Shown: positions 39,694 through 50,345 of the stretch, piece by piece
Numbering within the stretch: the stretch's first letter is position 1
Layout of the letters: each line of letters starts with the position of its first letter
NCBI GenBank assembly: GCA_965198115.1
Contig: OZ240241.1
Location: 3,168,001 to 3,232,000, forward strand
Reading direction: 5' to 3'
Origin: Candidatus Latescibacterota bacterium
GTDB lineage: Bacteria; Latescibacterota; UBA2968
DNA: 64,000 bases
The notes under the pieces: generated by a model
Told to the model about the DNA's origin: nothing
What the model saw: the letters and a program-made list of their open reading frames with translations, nothing else
The model's database searches: none
Translations under genes and position numbers: made by a program

Positions 39694-39742
39694 GCCTGCC
39701 CTGAGCCCCTCGACTTCGCTCGGGATAAACTCCGTCGAAGGG
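39694..39742. repeat. REP-like palindromic unit
   Basis: GCCTGCCCTGAGCCCCTCGACTTCGCTCGGGATAAACTCCGTCGAAGGG. Confidence 0.65.
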
Positions 39743-39746
39743 TGGT

Positions 39747-40796
39747 TCAGCCTTTCTGACCATAAATCCCATCTACGATCGCTTGATCCGTCAACATTTC
39801 GTCGAGGGTGATGAGTGGCTCGCACTTGCCCAGACAGCAATCGATGAAGTGATGGACCTCCTTTGTCGTACGTAACCTCGAATCGTCCTGGAAACCCTTC
39901 GGGACCGCGCCCTCGGTCCGGTCGACGTAGTCTCCATCCTCCCAGGACATCAGTCTGAACGGCTCGAGCGACGCGTAGCCCGCTGAGCCCCAGACGTCCA
40001 CTCCCTTCTTGTTCATCAAGTCGGGCGCCAGCCACATCCCTTCCACCGTCATCGATTGACCAGACGTGAACATCACGTGCCCGCTTACCACGTCCTCGGT
40101 GTCGTAGGTGTCACGTACCTCCTCCAGCTTATCGGGATACGACGGTAGATCGTGGAAACGCGACCCCACGCTTCCCACGACGCTTGCCACCTCGGGCCCG
40201 CCCAGAAACCAGACCGCAAGGTCGATCACGTGGACCGCCGTGCTCGCAAGCGAGCCGCCGCCCGATTGAGCCTTGATGTAGTGCGGACCCCACGTCGGCA
40301 CGCTCATCTCGTGCGACCAGGCGCGCGCAAACATCGGCTGTCCAATCCCACCTTCAGCGATAAACGCACGCATCGCGGTCGCATCCTGTCTGAACCGGAA
40401 GTTGTAGCCAACCATAAAGTGTCGGCCAGCGAGACGGGCAGCTTCGATCATCCGCTCCGCGCCGTCCAAAGAGAACGCCATCGGTTTAGCCGCCAACACG
40501 TGCGATCCCCTCTCGAGTGCGGCCACCGTCACATCCGGACGAATGTCGGCCATCGTCCCAACCATCACGATGTCGAGCACCTCCGCATCGAGCATCTTGC
40601 GATAGTCATTGTAGACCGCCGGACGATCGCCTTCGCTGACACCTTCGTAATGCTCGGCGAACACAGACTCGATGCTGGCTGAACGGACATCGCATAAAGC
40701 GACGACGTCAGCCGCATCGGAAAGGATATTGCGCACGTAGGCGTTCTTGCCAAACGACCCGCATCCGACCACGCCAACACTCAAACGTGTAGCCAT
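39747..40796 (-). CDS. Gfo/Idh/MocA oxidoreductase
   Basis: VGVVGCGSFG, HVLAAKPMA, GGGSL...HVID. Confidence 0.9.
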   Translation of the reverse strand: MATRLSVGVVGCGSFGKNAYVRNILSDAADVVALCDVRSASIESVFAEHYEGVSEGDRPAVYNDYRKMLDAEVLDIVMVGTMADIRPDVTVAALERGSHVLAAKPMAFSLDGAERMIEAARLAGRHFMVGYNFRFRQDATAMRAFIAEGGIGQPMFARAWSHEMSVPTWGPHYIKAQSGGGSLASTAVHVIDLAVWFLGGPEVASVVGSVGSRFHDLPSYPDKLEEVRDTYDTEDVVSGHVMFTSGQSMTVEGMWLAPDLMNKKGVDVWGSAGYASLEPFRLMSWEDGDYVDRTEGAVPKGFQDDSRLRTTKEVHHFIDCCLGKCEPLITLDEMLTDQAIVDGIYGQKG

Positions 40797-40875
40797 CGTT
40801 ACGATTTACCTCCGTAATGTCGAAGCTCGTACCGCAGGTCTCGCGGATCGCTTGCGTGCAGCGAGCCTGTTTCCT

Positions 40876-42324
40876 TCACCGCTGAATCTCCCGATCGATC
40901 AGACTCTCCATCCCGCCGGATGGCATCGACCCGATGTAATGCCCATTCACGAAGAAGGTCGGCGTCGAATCGACGCCCAGTGCGTCGCCCTCCTCCATAT
41001 CCTCGGCCACCACCCGGGCACCGGCTCCCGATTCCAGACAAGCACCGAGCAGGGTCACATCGACACCCACCTCCTCCGCGTGCTGTCGAATCGTCGCCTC
41101 ATTCAGATGATCCTGCTTACCGAAGAGTCGATCCGCGACGTCCCAGAACATCCCCTGCTGGTGGGCACACGCAGCGACTTCGGCCGCAAAACGGGCGTGC
41201 CTGTGTCTCTCGAGCGGATAGTGTCTGAAGATGAGGCGCACATCACCCGGCCGTCTCTTCACCAGTTCGCTTAAATGGGCGTGTGCCCCGGCACAAAAGC
41301 TGCATTCGAGGTCGGAGAATTCGACGATCGTCACCGGTGCATTGGCAGCCCCCTTCTCGGGGCCGTTTCTCGGGTTCGGGTCGAAAGCAAACCGCTCGGA
41401 CAGGGGAGGAATGTAGAAGGTATCGTAGTGCTTCTTGAGCCGGGCAACATAGGCCTTCAAGGCCGGTTCGCTCTTCAGCTGACGAAGTTCGTGACGGATG
41501 GTGCTTTCGACCTCCGTCAGCGTCGTTCCCGGTTTCAGTCGGTGTCGAATCTGGCCCCACCGCCTGTCGATCTCCTCCGCCGTAATCTCTACTTTGCCGC
41601 GGACTTCGCGGTTCACCAGCGCTCGAGCGGACAGCCCTTCTTCCTCCGCTTTCGCTTCCAGAACCTGTCGATCCAGCCAGTCTTGCCGAAGCTCGGCTCT
41701 GACTTCGTGCAGCTTGACCCGAATCGCGTCGTCCATCTCGACTCGTGTGATCTCCCGGTCGCCGATTCGGGCCACGACCTCTGCGGGTGCGCTCTGGTAC
41801 GAACGAGTGTGGTGAACGGCATCTTCCAGAGGGACGTAGAGTAGGGGCGGCACCACGATCGCGAGACCGACGGGAATCGACTCGCGCGAAATCCACAGCC
41901 TGCGGGCGTCGCCGACGTGGTGGTCTCTTCGCGCGCTCCACGCAACCCCCAGCAGCACCAGTGTGATCAACACCGACAGCAAACAGAATGGACACCAGGC
42001 CTCGATCACGATAGCCTGCTGATATACGAGGAAAAGGGAGGGAACAGCGCCAACCGCGGCAAGAATCAACGCCGTATGCATCGCGTCGGCCCTGTCTTCA
42101 CGACGAAGGGCGCGCCAGGCTGTGAAGACGATGGCGAGGTAAAGTCCGAGACCGAAGGTGGACAGCGGGATACCCATCATCTTCGAGTACGGACTGCCCA
42201 TCACCTCCCCGCAGCCGGACCCCGCACCGCACGCTTCTGCCCCGAACAGATGGGCATAAGTCAGGTAGGCAGCGTCCATCGCCCCAAGGACCGAGAGTAA
42301 GAGCAGAGTGAGAGCGGCGGTCAC
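40876..42324 (-). CDS. VKOR-DsbA fusion with SurA-like linker
   Basis: CGAGSGC..V..S.YS, WCPFC (VKOR); VARIGDREIT linker; VEFSDLECSFC, FRHYPL, GVDSTPTFFVNG (DsbA). Confidence 0.88.
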   Translation of the reverse strand: MTAALTLLLLSVLGAMDAAYLTYAHLFGAEACGAGSGCGEVMGSPYSKMMGIPLSTFGLGLYLAIVFTAWRALRREDRADAMHTALILAAVGAVPSLFLVYQQAIVIEAWCPFCLLSVLITLVLLGVAWSARRDHHVGDARRLWISRESIPVGLAIVVPPLLYVPLEDAVHHTRSYQSAPAEVVARIGDREITRVEMDDAIRVKLHEVRAELRQDWLDRQVLEAKAEEEGLSARALVNREVRGKVEITAEEIDRRWGQIRHRLKPGTTLTEVESTIRHELRQLKSEPALKAYVARLKKHYDTFYIPPLSERFAFDPNPRNGPEKGAANAPVTIVEFSDLECSFCAGAHAHLSELVKRRPGDVRLIFRHYPLERHRHARFAAEVAACAHQQGMFWDVADRLFGKQDHLNEATIRQHAEEVGVDVTLLGACLESGAGARVVAEDMEEGDALGVDSTPTFFVNGHYIGSMPSGGMESLIDREIQR

Positions 42325-42374
42325 ATTCCTCCTCCATCACGTTCCCATACTGCTTGCGCGATGGCCGTCTGCCA

Positions 42375-43028
42375 TCACGCAAGCGCTTTCATTCTCACGT
42401 TCCGATACGCCACCGGACCGTGATCACCCTGGAGCATCAGCCTTCCCAGGGGTTGCTCATCCTCGAACGCGGCGGCTCGCGTGAAACCCCCGACTTCAAC
42501 CTGTTCGTGTACGACCTCGTCGTTCCAGACGACGCGCTCGAAACATGCATTGTCCACCTTCTCTTGCCCATCGAAGCGCGGTGCTCGAAACGTGATGTCG
42601 AACGACTGCCATTCGCCGGGCGGACGACTCGCATTTACGTTGGGCGGCGTCCCGCCCACCGGCTGACCGTCGATCCACTGACAGTAGATGCCTCCGCACG
42701 TGCCGTACTTGAGGTCGGGTGCTCCCCAGCTGTCGAGCACCTGGACTTCGTAACGACCCATCACATACACACCCGAGTTCGACCCTTCTGGAACGACGAA
42801 TTCGACGTGCAGCTCACAATCTCCGTGTGTAACGCTCGAAATCAGATCCGCTGTCCGACCCGAGGGACCGTTGTAGAACACACCCTCCCCTTCCTCGATC
42901 GAGAACCGCTTCGAATCGGCTGGATCCAGTTCTACCCCGCCGATCACGCCCCAATCGTGCTCGCCCTCTGCCGAACTCTCCCATCCGGAAAGATCCTTCC
43001 CCGTAAACAGCTCATTCCAATCTGCCAT
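42375..43028 (-). CDS. DUF1080 (3-keto-disaccharide hydrolase-like) protein
   Basis: LFTGKDLSGW, SNSGVY, YEVQVLD, GEWQSFDITF, LQGDHGPVAYRN. Confidence 0.9.
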   Translation of the reverse strand: MADWNELFTGKDLSGWESSAEGEHDWGVIGGVELDPADSKRFSIEEGEGVFYNGPSGRTADLISSVTHGDCELHVEFVVPEGSNSGVYVMGRYEVQVLDSWGAPDLKYGTCGGIYCQWIDGQPVGGTPPNVNASRPPGEWQSFDITFRAPRFDGQEKVDNACFERVVWNDEVVHEQVEVGGFTRAAAFEDEQPLGRLMLQGDHGPVAYRNVRMKALA

Positions 43029-43062
43029 CGCCTGCCCTCTCTCGATCGTTGAAAACCCACAT

Positions 43063-44011
43063 GGTCAAGTCCCATAGTCAGTTGAAACTCATCGGGCCCC
43101 GTGTAGTTTGGTCAGGCTCTCAACATTCTCGCGCTTGTGCCACTGACAGCGATGAACGCGCACATACCCTTTGAGGGCTTTGGTGACAGCACTGCGGAGC
43201 CCCTTTGAGCCGTCAAGCACAACGAGGAGGCCTTGATCGTAGCACAGGCCTCTCCGGATGAGGTCCTGGATCAGCTGGCGGCAGATCCGTTCGTTCTCCG
43301 TCGCCGATTCGACGAAGCCCAGGGGGATCTTCTGGCCGTCCATCGTGACCCCCGGAGCGATCACGATCTCTTCGTCGGCAAAGCTCTTTCCGTCAATGAA
43401 CAGGGTCACGAAGCCGTAGTCGTCGAGGGGACGCTCCTGGAACTGCTTCCGCTTCTTCGCGGTGGCTTTGATGAACCGCCGCGAGACGGAGGACGCTGAG
43501 ATACCAAACGCTTCTGGAACCGATTCGGCACAGGCCTTGTAGTTGCGGCACGAGATCCCCTTGAGAACACGAAGCAACAGCCCCTCGTCCGTCTTCTTGG
43601 GCGTCTGTAGAGCCCGGTATGCAGCCAGGGAAACCTCTGCGTCGGCCTCGACGTCGCGCACCCGGGGAACGTCTAACGGGAGCTTCTGGTCCATCAGATA
43701 CACGGATCCCTTCTGGCTTCCCCACCGACGATGCGCCTGCTCCGAACCTTTGCGCGCATACCGAACGCCTGCGAGCTGCTCGACCTCCTGCTGGAGGAGG
43801 TCTGCCACTGCCTCCAGACCCAACGGGATCAACGCCTGGATCACCGACAAACGCGTCTCCAAATCGATGACATCGCCCTCAACCTTGACTTCACCATCGC
43901 CTACAAATAGCTTCTCCATCTGGGCTCCTTTCTTACGGGTATACGCTCCTACACGTCTACCCAACGTAAGTTTGGAGCCCTCTAAGTTTCAACTACGATA
44001 GGCACAACACC
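43063..44011 (-). mobile_element. Internally deleted IS256-family element; truncated transposase 43089..43919
   Basis: IRs GGTCAAGTCCCATAGTCAGTTGAAACT / (rc) GGTGTTGTGCCTATCGTAGTTGAAACT; 8-bp TSD ACCCACAT (43055-43062, 44012-44019); LFIDG, LDGSKGL, RCQWHK motifs then abrupt end. Confidence 0.88.
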
Positions 44012-44213
44012 ACCCACATCGGCGAGACAATTTATCGCCTGTCCCACGAATCCGCACGCGGATTGCGTAGCTCTTGTCGAAAGACTTTCGGGTTTGTGCA
44101 AAACCGAAAAGGCCGCATCTTGAGATGCATCATTCAGCACGCTATAAGCGATCGAGATGACCTACCCGTTTAGACAAGCCTGCGATCGAATCGAAGAAGA
44201 GGAGAAGTGAGCC

Positions 44214-45059
44214 TTGTTGGATGCCGCTTGAGCGAAGGAACTTCGCCGTCAATTGATCGAGGACGGGTATTGCCACGTCCCGAACGTCGCGCCGCTGGAC
44301 CTGATCGAGGACATACGACTGAAGACTGACGCGATCGCCGAGAACCTTCCGGAAGAGGAAAAGGTGAAGCGGCGTCTTCATGGCTCGTTGGTCAGCGTCT
44401 ACGACCACGAGGAGATGCTCCCCATCATCACCTTGTCGGGAGCGCTCAAGGTGCTACGCGAACTGGGCTATCCCAAGGCGAGATTCTACAGCGGCTACAT
44501 CATCAGCAAACCGCCAGAAGTTGCGCCCCCGTTGTTCTGGCACCAGGACGGTATTCTCTGGGACCAACCGATCAGCTACACAGATATTCCCCACCAGTTC
44601 TTCCTGATGTACTACCTGATCGACACCAACCGTGAAAATGGCTGCCTTCGCGTCATCCCGGGATCGCATCTGAACCGGCATCGGTTGCACGGCTTCCCGC
44701 CCGCGCAATCGATCGAGTTCAACAAGTCCGATGAGGACAGCCACCCGGCCCTTCAAGAAGATCCCGACGAAGTCGACGTACCTGCCAAAGCCGGTGATCT
44801 CGTCATCGGCGACGCCCGGCTGCTTCACTCCGCACACCCGAATCGCTCGAGCCAGCGGAGAACGGTCATCACGCTCTGGTTCTGTCCCACTTTCTATGAA
44901 ATGCCCGAAAACATCCAGGCATTCTACGGACGCCACAGGGAGCAGCTCGACCAATGGAGCAATGAAGGCAGGGAAACACTCGCTGCCCTCCGCACCTCCT
45001 ACTCGGGAGGCGTTCAGCCCGCCACGGGAACGCGCATTCCCGATGAACGGCTCGCGTGA
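44214..45059 (+). CDS. PhyH-family dioxygenase (in-frame TGA at 44229 in codon 6; alternative start 44253)
   Basis: LFWHQD, NGCLRVIPGSH, AGDLVIGDARLLHSAHPN. Confidence 0.82.
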
Positions 45060-45092
45060 CCCTATCCGCTCCGACACCCAACCCCCCGCCTT

Positions 45093-45995
45093 ATGAAATC
45101 CCTCTGCTTCGGCGCCGTCCTCTGGGACCTGATCGAGGGTGAAGAACACCTGGGCGGCGCGCCTTTCAACCTAGCCGTACACTTGCGACGGCTTGGCTTC
45201 GACTCGTACATGGTCTCGTCCATCGGCGCCGACGATCGCGGGGATCGCATTCGTGACGAGATCCTCCGCCATCGCATCGACGACACCTGGGTCAAGCAGG
45301 ATCCAGATCATCCCACCGCGATCGTGACCGTCAACATCGACGCAGCGGGACACTCGACCTACGTCATCCACGAAGACGTCGCCTCCGATCACATCGAGCT
45401 GACCGAAGACGACGTCTCCCGAATCTCGGAGATCGATCTCGACGTCGTCTGCTACGGCACGCTGGAATCGCGTGGCGACACAACGCGACGGTCGCTCTTC
45501 CGACTGTTGGACGCCGTCGAGGAGAAGGAAGAGACGCGCGCGTTCTGCGACCTGAACCTGCGCCAGCACTACTACAGCGCCACGCTCATTCGCGACGCGC
45601 TCGTCTACTGCGACATCCTCAAGCTGAACGACGAGGAGGCGACCGTCGTCAGCGAGCTGCTCTTCCCAAGCCAGACATTCGCCAGCGACCGTGATTTCGG
45701 CACCGCCGTTTGCCACGCCTTCGATCTGGAAGTAGCCGTCATCACGCGAGGCGAGCGCGGCTGTGTCGTCACCACACGCAGCGAGGCGATCGAAGTACCG
45801 GGCGTCGAAGTCGACGTCGTCGACACAGTAGGCCCGGGCGACGCCTTCAGCGCGGCCTTCCTCCGTGAATACCTATCCGGAGCGGCCATCGACAGAGCGG
45901 CGGCGAGGGCAAATCGGCTGGGGGCGTTCGTGGCTTCGAAGCGAGGGGCGCTGCCCGACTACGATGAGGAGATCGAGCAGGAGTTGGGGCTTTAG
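45093..45995 (+). CDS. PfkB-family carbohydrate kinase
   Basis: GGAPFN, DLNLR, LKLNDEE, DTVGPGDAF. Confidence 0.92.
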   Translation: MKSLCFGAVLWDLIEGEEHLGGAPFNLAVHLRRLGFDSYMVSSIGADDRGDRIRDEILRHRIDDTWVKQDPDHPTAIVTVNIDAAGHSTYVIHEDVASDHIELTEDDVSRISEIDLDVVCYGTLESRGDTTRRSLFRLLDAVEEKEETRAFCDLNLRQHYYSATLIRDALVYCDILKLNDEEATVVSELLFPSQTFASDRDFGTAVCHAFDLEVAVITRGERGCVVTTRSEAIEVPGVEVDVVDTVGPGDAFSAAFLREYLSGAAIDRAAARANRLGAFVASKRGALPDYDEEIEQELGL

Positions 45996-46076
45996 GGGAA
46001 GTTGCCAGCCGTCGGGCGTCAGGGAAAAGCAGGCCTTTGCTTCATCAACCCTCTCTGTGTCCTCAGTGGTTGCCTT

Positions 46077-47213
46077 TCACGTTCCGTCTGGCGTGACGGA
46101 GGCATCCCAGCTGCCCAACGGATCGCCATCGTGCTTCAGCCAGCGGTCCATCCAGCTGAGGCACGCCTCCTGCGAGAGATCGGGAATGGCGTGGCCGTCG
46201 CCGAACACGAGGAAGGCGTGGGCGTCCTCGCGACCCAGGAGGCGATAGAGCTCGTGTAGCTTGAGATGCAGCATCACGCGATGGGCCTGGCCCGTCTCGT
46301 CGCCGTCGTTCAAGGCGAATCGCTCGAGCACGGGACGTGGAGCAATGAGCGAGAACATCTCGTGGAAATCGCACTGGACCTGGCGTCCCGCGAGAAAGTC
46401 TTCTCGAATTTGCGGGAAGTAGATATACCAGTAATCCCTGGACCAGTGAAGCGGTTTCGGATTCTCGCGAAACGTCCCGCCACTGCAACTCGGCACCGCA
46501 CACTTGATCCGATCGTCATACGCGGCCAGAAAAACGCTGCCGTGTCCACCGAGCGAATGCCCGGTCACACCCAGACGCGATGCGTCCACGTCTTCGCGAG
46601 CGGCCAGAATGGACGTCGCGATCACACTGTCATACGTGTACTTGCCGACAGCTGACCAATCCGGATGCTTCCGATAGAGCGCGGCAGTCTCGTATCGCCC
46701 TTCTTCCGGTATACGCGAAGCCGAACAGAAATGTTCGGGCGAGATCGTCACATACCCACGCCAGACCTGCTGACGCGCGAAGTCCTTCCCAGCGACACCG
46801 CCACGTTGCTCGTCCGGGTCGCCCGGTTCCGGCAGCATTCCCAGCGTGCGACGTGCGCCCCAATTCGTCGTTCCGTGCAGGCAGACGACGCCGGGATATC
46901 CTCCGTCGGGCGGTTCACCGTCAGGGATTCCGATGTAGGCGTGGGTACGCTCATCCTCCTCCACCCAATAGCTCACGCGCTGAATTCGAAACCCGCCTCC
47001 ATCCCATTCGCGCTCGACCTCCAATTGCGGATCTACGGGCGGATCGGGCGCAGCCTCGTCACGAATCAGCGCGAGGAACCGCTCGCGAACCTGTTCCCGC
47101 TTGAGCGCCCAATCTTCGGCCGTCGCCACATCTGCCAGCAGATCGTCCCAGCTCGTCGTGATTGCCGTCGGTGTCCAGTCAGGGTGCTGAATGTCCTCGA
47201 CTTTGTTCGTCAT
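46077..47213 (-). CDS. Alpha/beta hydrolase (dienelactone hydrolase/esterase-like)
   Basis: PGVVCLHG, GHSLGG nucleophile elbow, LIAPRP, GDGH. Confidence 0.88.
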   Translation of the reverse strand: MTNKVEDIQHPDWTPTAITTSWDDLLADVATAEDWALKREQVRERFLALIRDEAAPDPPVDPQLEVEREWDGGGFRIQRVSYWVEEDERTHAYIGIPDGEPPDGGYPGVVCLHGTTNWGARRTLGMLPEPGDPDEQRGGVAGKDFARQQVWRGYVTISPEHFCSASRIPEEGRYETAALYRKHPDWSAVGKYTYDSVIATSILAAREDVDASRLGVTGHSLGGHGSVFLAAYDDRIKCAVPSCSGGTFRENPKPLHWSRDYWYIYFPQIREDFLAGRQVQCDFHEMFSLIAPRPVLERFALNDGDETGQAHRVMLHLKLHELYRLLGREDAHAFLVFGDGHAIPDLSQEACLSWMDRWLKHDGDPLGSWDASVTPDGT

Positions 47214-47217
47214 CGTC

Positions 47218-49131
47218 CTATTCCCGAATAAAGATCTGTTCGTGAAAGACGGGACGGCTCCATCCGCGATATGGATCGATCGTCGTACTCTCCTTCGGCA
47301 CGTTGCCCAGCCGTGTGGACGCTCCCCAGACGTGGTAGGCAAACCCGGGAATCACCCGCGGGACTTCCTCGGCGAAGATGTCGCGGACTTGATTCATGTT
47401 CTCTCTTACCCGGGCGGTGTCCACCGTCGTCCCCGCCTCCTCGATCAAGCGTGTCGCTTCGAACAACCAGGCAGGACCGTCCGTCGCTGCTTCACGATGC
47501 CACTCCGGCTGGTTCTTACCCATCATGCCCCAAAGCTGACGTTTGACCAGGGCGTCATCGGCCGTGGACCACCACCAGTGGATTTCGAAGTCGCCCGAAT
47601 CCAATAGCCCGCCAATGATGTCTCGAAGCGCGATATACAGGTCGACCCGGATCCCGACGCTACGCCAATGTTCGGCCACGAGCTGACAGACATCGACTCC
47701 CATACCGGGAATGACGTCGAGTGTGATCGAGAAGGGAGAGCCGTCGTCCAGTTCTCGGATACCGTCGCCGTCCCTGTCTGCGTAGCCAGCCTCTTCCAGC
47801 AGCTGACGGGCGAGCGGCGGGTCGAATTCCACATACTTCTGCGCGGCTTCTTCCGAGTAGAACCGACTCGACGGCCCAAACGTGTAACCCGCCGGTTGCA
47901 GCAAACCGTGATACAGGATCTCTCCGATTTCCTGTCGATTCATCGAGTGAGAAAGCGCCATCCGAACCCGTCGATCACGGAGGGCCCGGCGGAGCGGCAG
48001 CCTCTTCGCGTCGAAGTTGATCGTGAAGACGGAGACCGGAACGGGTGTACCCAGGTAGAGTCGGTATCTTCCCTTTCGTTCCTCCGATTTCAACGTCGAG
48101 AACATATTGATCTGAGCGTAACGCCCGAGAAAGTCGATCTCCCCGTTCATGAACTTCAGCAGGATCACCTGCGTGTCCTGGATGATGTTGAACACGAGCC
48201 GGTCGGCGTAGGGAAGCTGGTTCCCTGCACTGTCGACCTTGAAGTAGTAGGGGTTCCGTTCGTAAACAATACGCTGCCCGCGCGTCCACTCCACGGGCAT
48301 CCAGGCCGACAGTCGGGGTATCCCGGGCTTGTAGAGCATCTGTGCCGTCGTCGTGCTGTCTCGGAGCGCCTCGTAGCTCGCATTCGGATTGTATCGGGGA
48401 TGCAGCTCGGACAGGACGTGTTTCGGGAACGCGATCCAGTCGCTGCATAGCACGTCGAGAATACGGCCCAACGGCTTGTGCGATCGGATCCGAAGCGTTA
48501 CGTCATCCACCTTCTCCATTTGGAAGGGAACACCCTCGACGAGCCACGCGGCGGGAAACAACGGGTTCGCCCGCGCGTCGTCGTTGAGCGTCATATCGTT
48601 ATACCAGAAGAGAATGTCGTCCACGGTGAACGGGACACCGTCGGACCATTTGATCCCCTTCCGGATCTTGAAAATCGCCGTGCGCCCTTCATCCAGAAAC
48701 GTGTGGCTTTCGGCCAGATTGTAGAGAATGCTGTTCGGCAGCGGCCGCTCGTAGCCCATCAGATTTTCGTTCAACGTCTTGCTGACCCCTGGCGTTTGCA
48801 CGATGTCTCCCGTCAACGCCCTCCGGAGCATCCCGCCATATCGTCCGATCTCTTCCATCGGAACGACGACCAACGGGTTCCCCGGCAGCCGCTCCGAAAC
48901 CGGCGGCAAGTCTCCGACGCGAACGCGCTCCGCCAACATCGGTGCTTCGCCGAATGCTCTGTCCACAAGGAGGACAGGGTCGATCGCCAGCGGGGCCGTC
49001 GTCCTCTGCCGCCCAGATTCGTGCGTATCCGCCACGCCCGCTCCGTCCTCTGGCAACCGGTCTGACTGCAGACACCCGACCACGGTCCCGGTCAGAATGG
49101 AAAGCAGAACCCTGTGCCTCGGAGTCCTCAT
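47218..49131 (-). CDS. ABC transporter substrate-binding lipoprotein (family 5)
   Basis: Lipobox VVGC, LPPVSERLP, KWSDGVPFTVDDILF, ERNPYYFKVDSAGNQLPY. Confidence 0.92.
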   Translation of the reverse strand: MRTPRHRVLLSILTGTVVGCLQSDRLPEDGAGVADTHESGRQRTTAPLAIDPVLLVDRAFGEAPMLAERVRVGDLPPVSERLPGNPLVVVPMEEIGRYGGMLRRALTGDIVQTPGVSKTLNENLMGYERPLPNSILYNLAESHTFLDEGRTAIFKIRKGIKWSDGVPFTVDDILFWYNDMTLNDDARANPLFPAAWLVEGVPFQMEKVDDVTLRIRSHKPLGRILDVLCSDWIAFPKHVLSELHPRYNPNASYEALRDSTTTAQMLYKPGIPRLSAWMPVEWTRGQRIVYERNPYYFKVDSAGNQLPYADRLVFNIIQDTQVILLKFMNGEIDFLGRYAQINMFSTLKSEERKGRYRLYLGTPVPVSVFTINFDAKRLPLRRALRDRRVRMALSHSMNRQEIGEILYHGLLQPAGYTFGPSSRFYSEEAAQKYVEFDPPLARQLLEEAGYADRDGDGIRELDDGSPFSITLDVIPGMGVDVCQLVAEHWRSVGIRVDLYIALRDIIGGLLDSGDFEIHWWWSTADDALVKRQLWGMMGKNQPEWHREAATDGPAWLFEATRLIEEAGTTVDTARVRENMNQVRDIFAEEVPRVIPGFAYHVWGASTRLGNVPKESTTIDPYRGWSRPVFHEQIFIRE

Positions 49132-50138
49132 CGCTTTCGACCCGCCTCGTTTTCCATCTGCTCCGTCTCCGACTCCCGGCACAACGCCAGAGCCAATTCC
49201 TCGATACGCGACCGCTCGTCGAGTCCGCTCATCAAACGATCGGGTAACTTCCCAACGCCGATGTGGGCGCCGGCCAGGTTTCCGGCGATTGTCTCGAACG
49301 TATCCACGTCACCCCCCGTGCACAAGGCCCGTCTCACGACGCCCTCGAAGTCATCCGGTCTCCGCAGAAACGACCCCAAGGCCACGAGGAAGGTCACCGG
49401 ACCCTCGCCCGGAATGCCGCTTCCTCTCCGATGCGGGCGCAGCGGCATCTCGAGCATCGCCCGATAGGCCTTCTCTTCATCCAGCGCCAGCAGCTCCGGA
49501 ACCCGTTCGATCAGTCCCGCCGTCAACGCGTCGATCTTTCGGGCGGCGGATGCGGCCAGGCTGACGATGTCGTCCACGACAATTGACGTGCACGTCGCCA
49601 GATGACCGACGACGCAGGCACAGGCGACGGCAGGGGCCACGGCGCGTGGATCCTTGTGTGTCACGTGGCTCGCTGCCAGCGCAGCATCCTCGATCTCCTC
49701 TGGCCGACGGCCGTACCACAGTCCCACCGGCGCGATCTTCATCACCGCCCCGTTCGAGGGACGATCGGTCGACGCAGCGTCCTGCCACGGCACACCCGCA
49801 TCGAGCCGTTCGAGCGTTTCGCGGAACGCCTGTCCGTAACCGTAGAGCTCTCCGGCGCGCCACATCGTCAACAAACGTCGGGCAATGTCCTCGGGATCGA
49901 CGCCGCCACGATCGAAAATCGACTCGGCGAGCACAAGCGCCTGTTGTGTATCGTCCGTGTAGACCCCGGCGCGCCACGCCACCTCGCCGTGTCGGTTCAC
50001 CCTGTCGCGATACCCGGCTGTCAGATCGGCAACTTCCGCGATACGCTCGCGCGACCATCCCTCACAGAAACCGCCCAGGGCGTCACCGATGGCGCCGCCC
50101 AGCAGCGAGCCGATGAATCGATCTTTCAGATCTTCCAT
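49128..50138 (-). CDS. ADP-ribosylglycohydrolase family protein
   Basis: GAIGDALG, YTDDT, SNGAVMK, THKDP, GGDVDT. Confidence 0.92.
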   Translation of the reverse strand: MEDLKDRFIGSLLGGAIGDALGGFCEGWSRERIAEVADLTAGYRDRVNRHGEVAWRAGVYTDDTQQALVLAESIFDRGGVDPEDIARRLLTMWRAGELYGYGQAFRETLERLDAGVPWQDAASTDRPSNGAVMKIAPVGLWYGRRPEEIEDAALAASHVTHKDPRAVAPAVACACVVGHLATCTSIVVDDIVSLAASAARKIDALTAGLIERVPELLALDEEKAYRAMLEMPLRPHRRGSGIPGEGPVTFLVALGSFLRRPDDFEGVVRRALCTGGDVDTFETIAGNLAGAHIGVGKLPDRLMSGLDERSRIEELALALCRESETEQMENEAGRKR

Positions 50139-50345
50139 TGAGACCTTTTAGAAACGCTATAACGCAGAGACCGCGGGGAACGCAGGGAAGAGCCCGAAGG
50201 AGGATAAGATCACTGAAGCTGCCCTGCCGCAAAACAAGAATGGACCCTCCCTCACATTCGTTCGGGACAGGCTCCTAAGAGGGTACCGGGGTGACAACAT
50301 TGTCGCGGCGCAAGGTCTTTGTTTTCAGCATCTGTTACAAACACG

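Noticed and set aside
44229-44231. In-frame TGA near the PhyH N-terminus as selenocysteine
   Set aside because: Not in a redox motif and no convincing SECIS; more likely a nonsense change, an error or a later start
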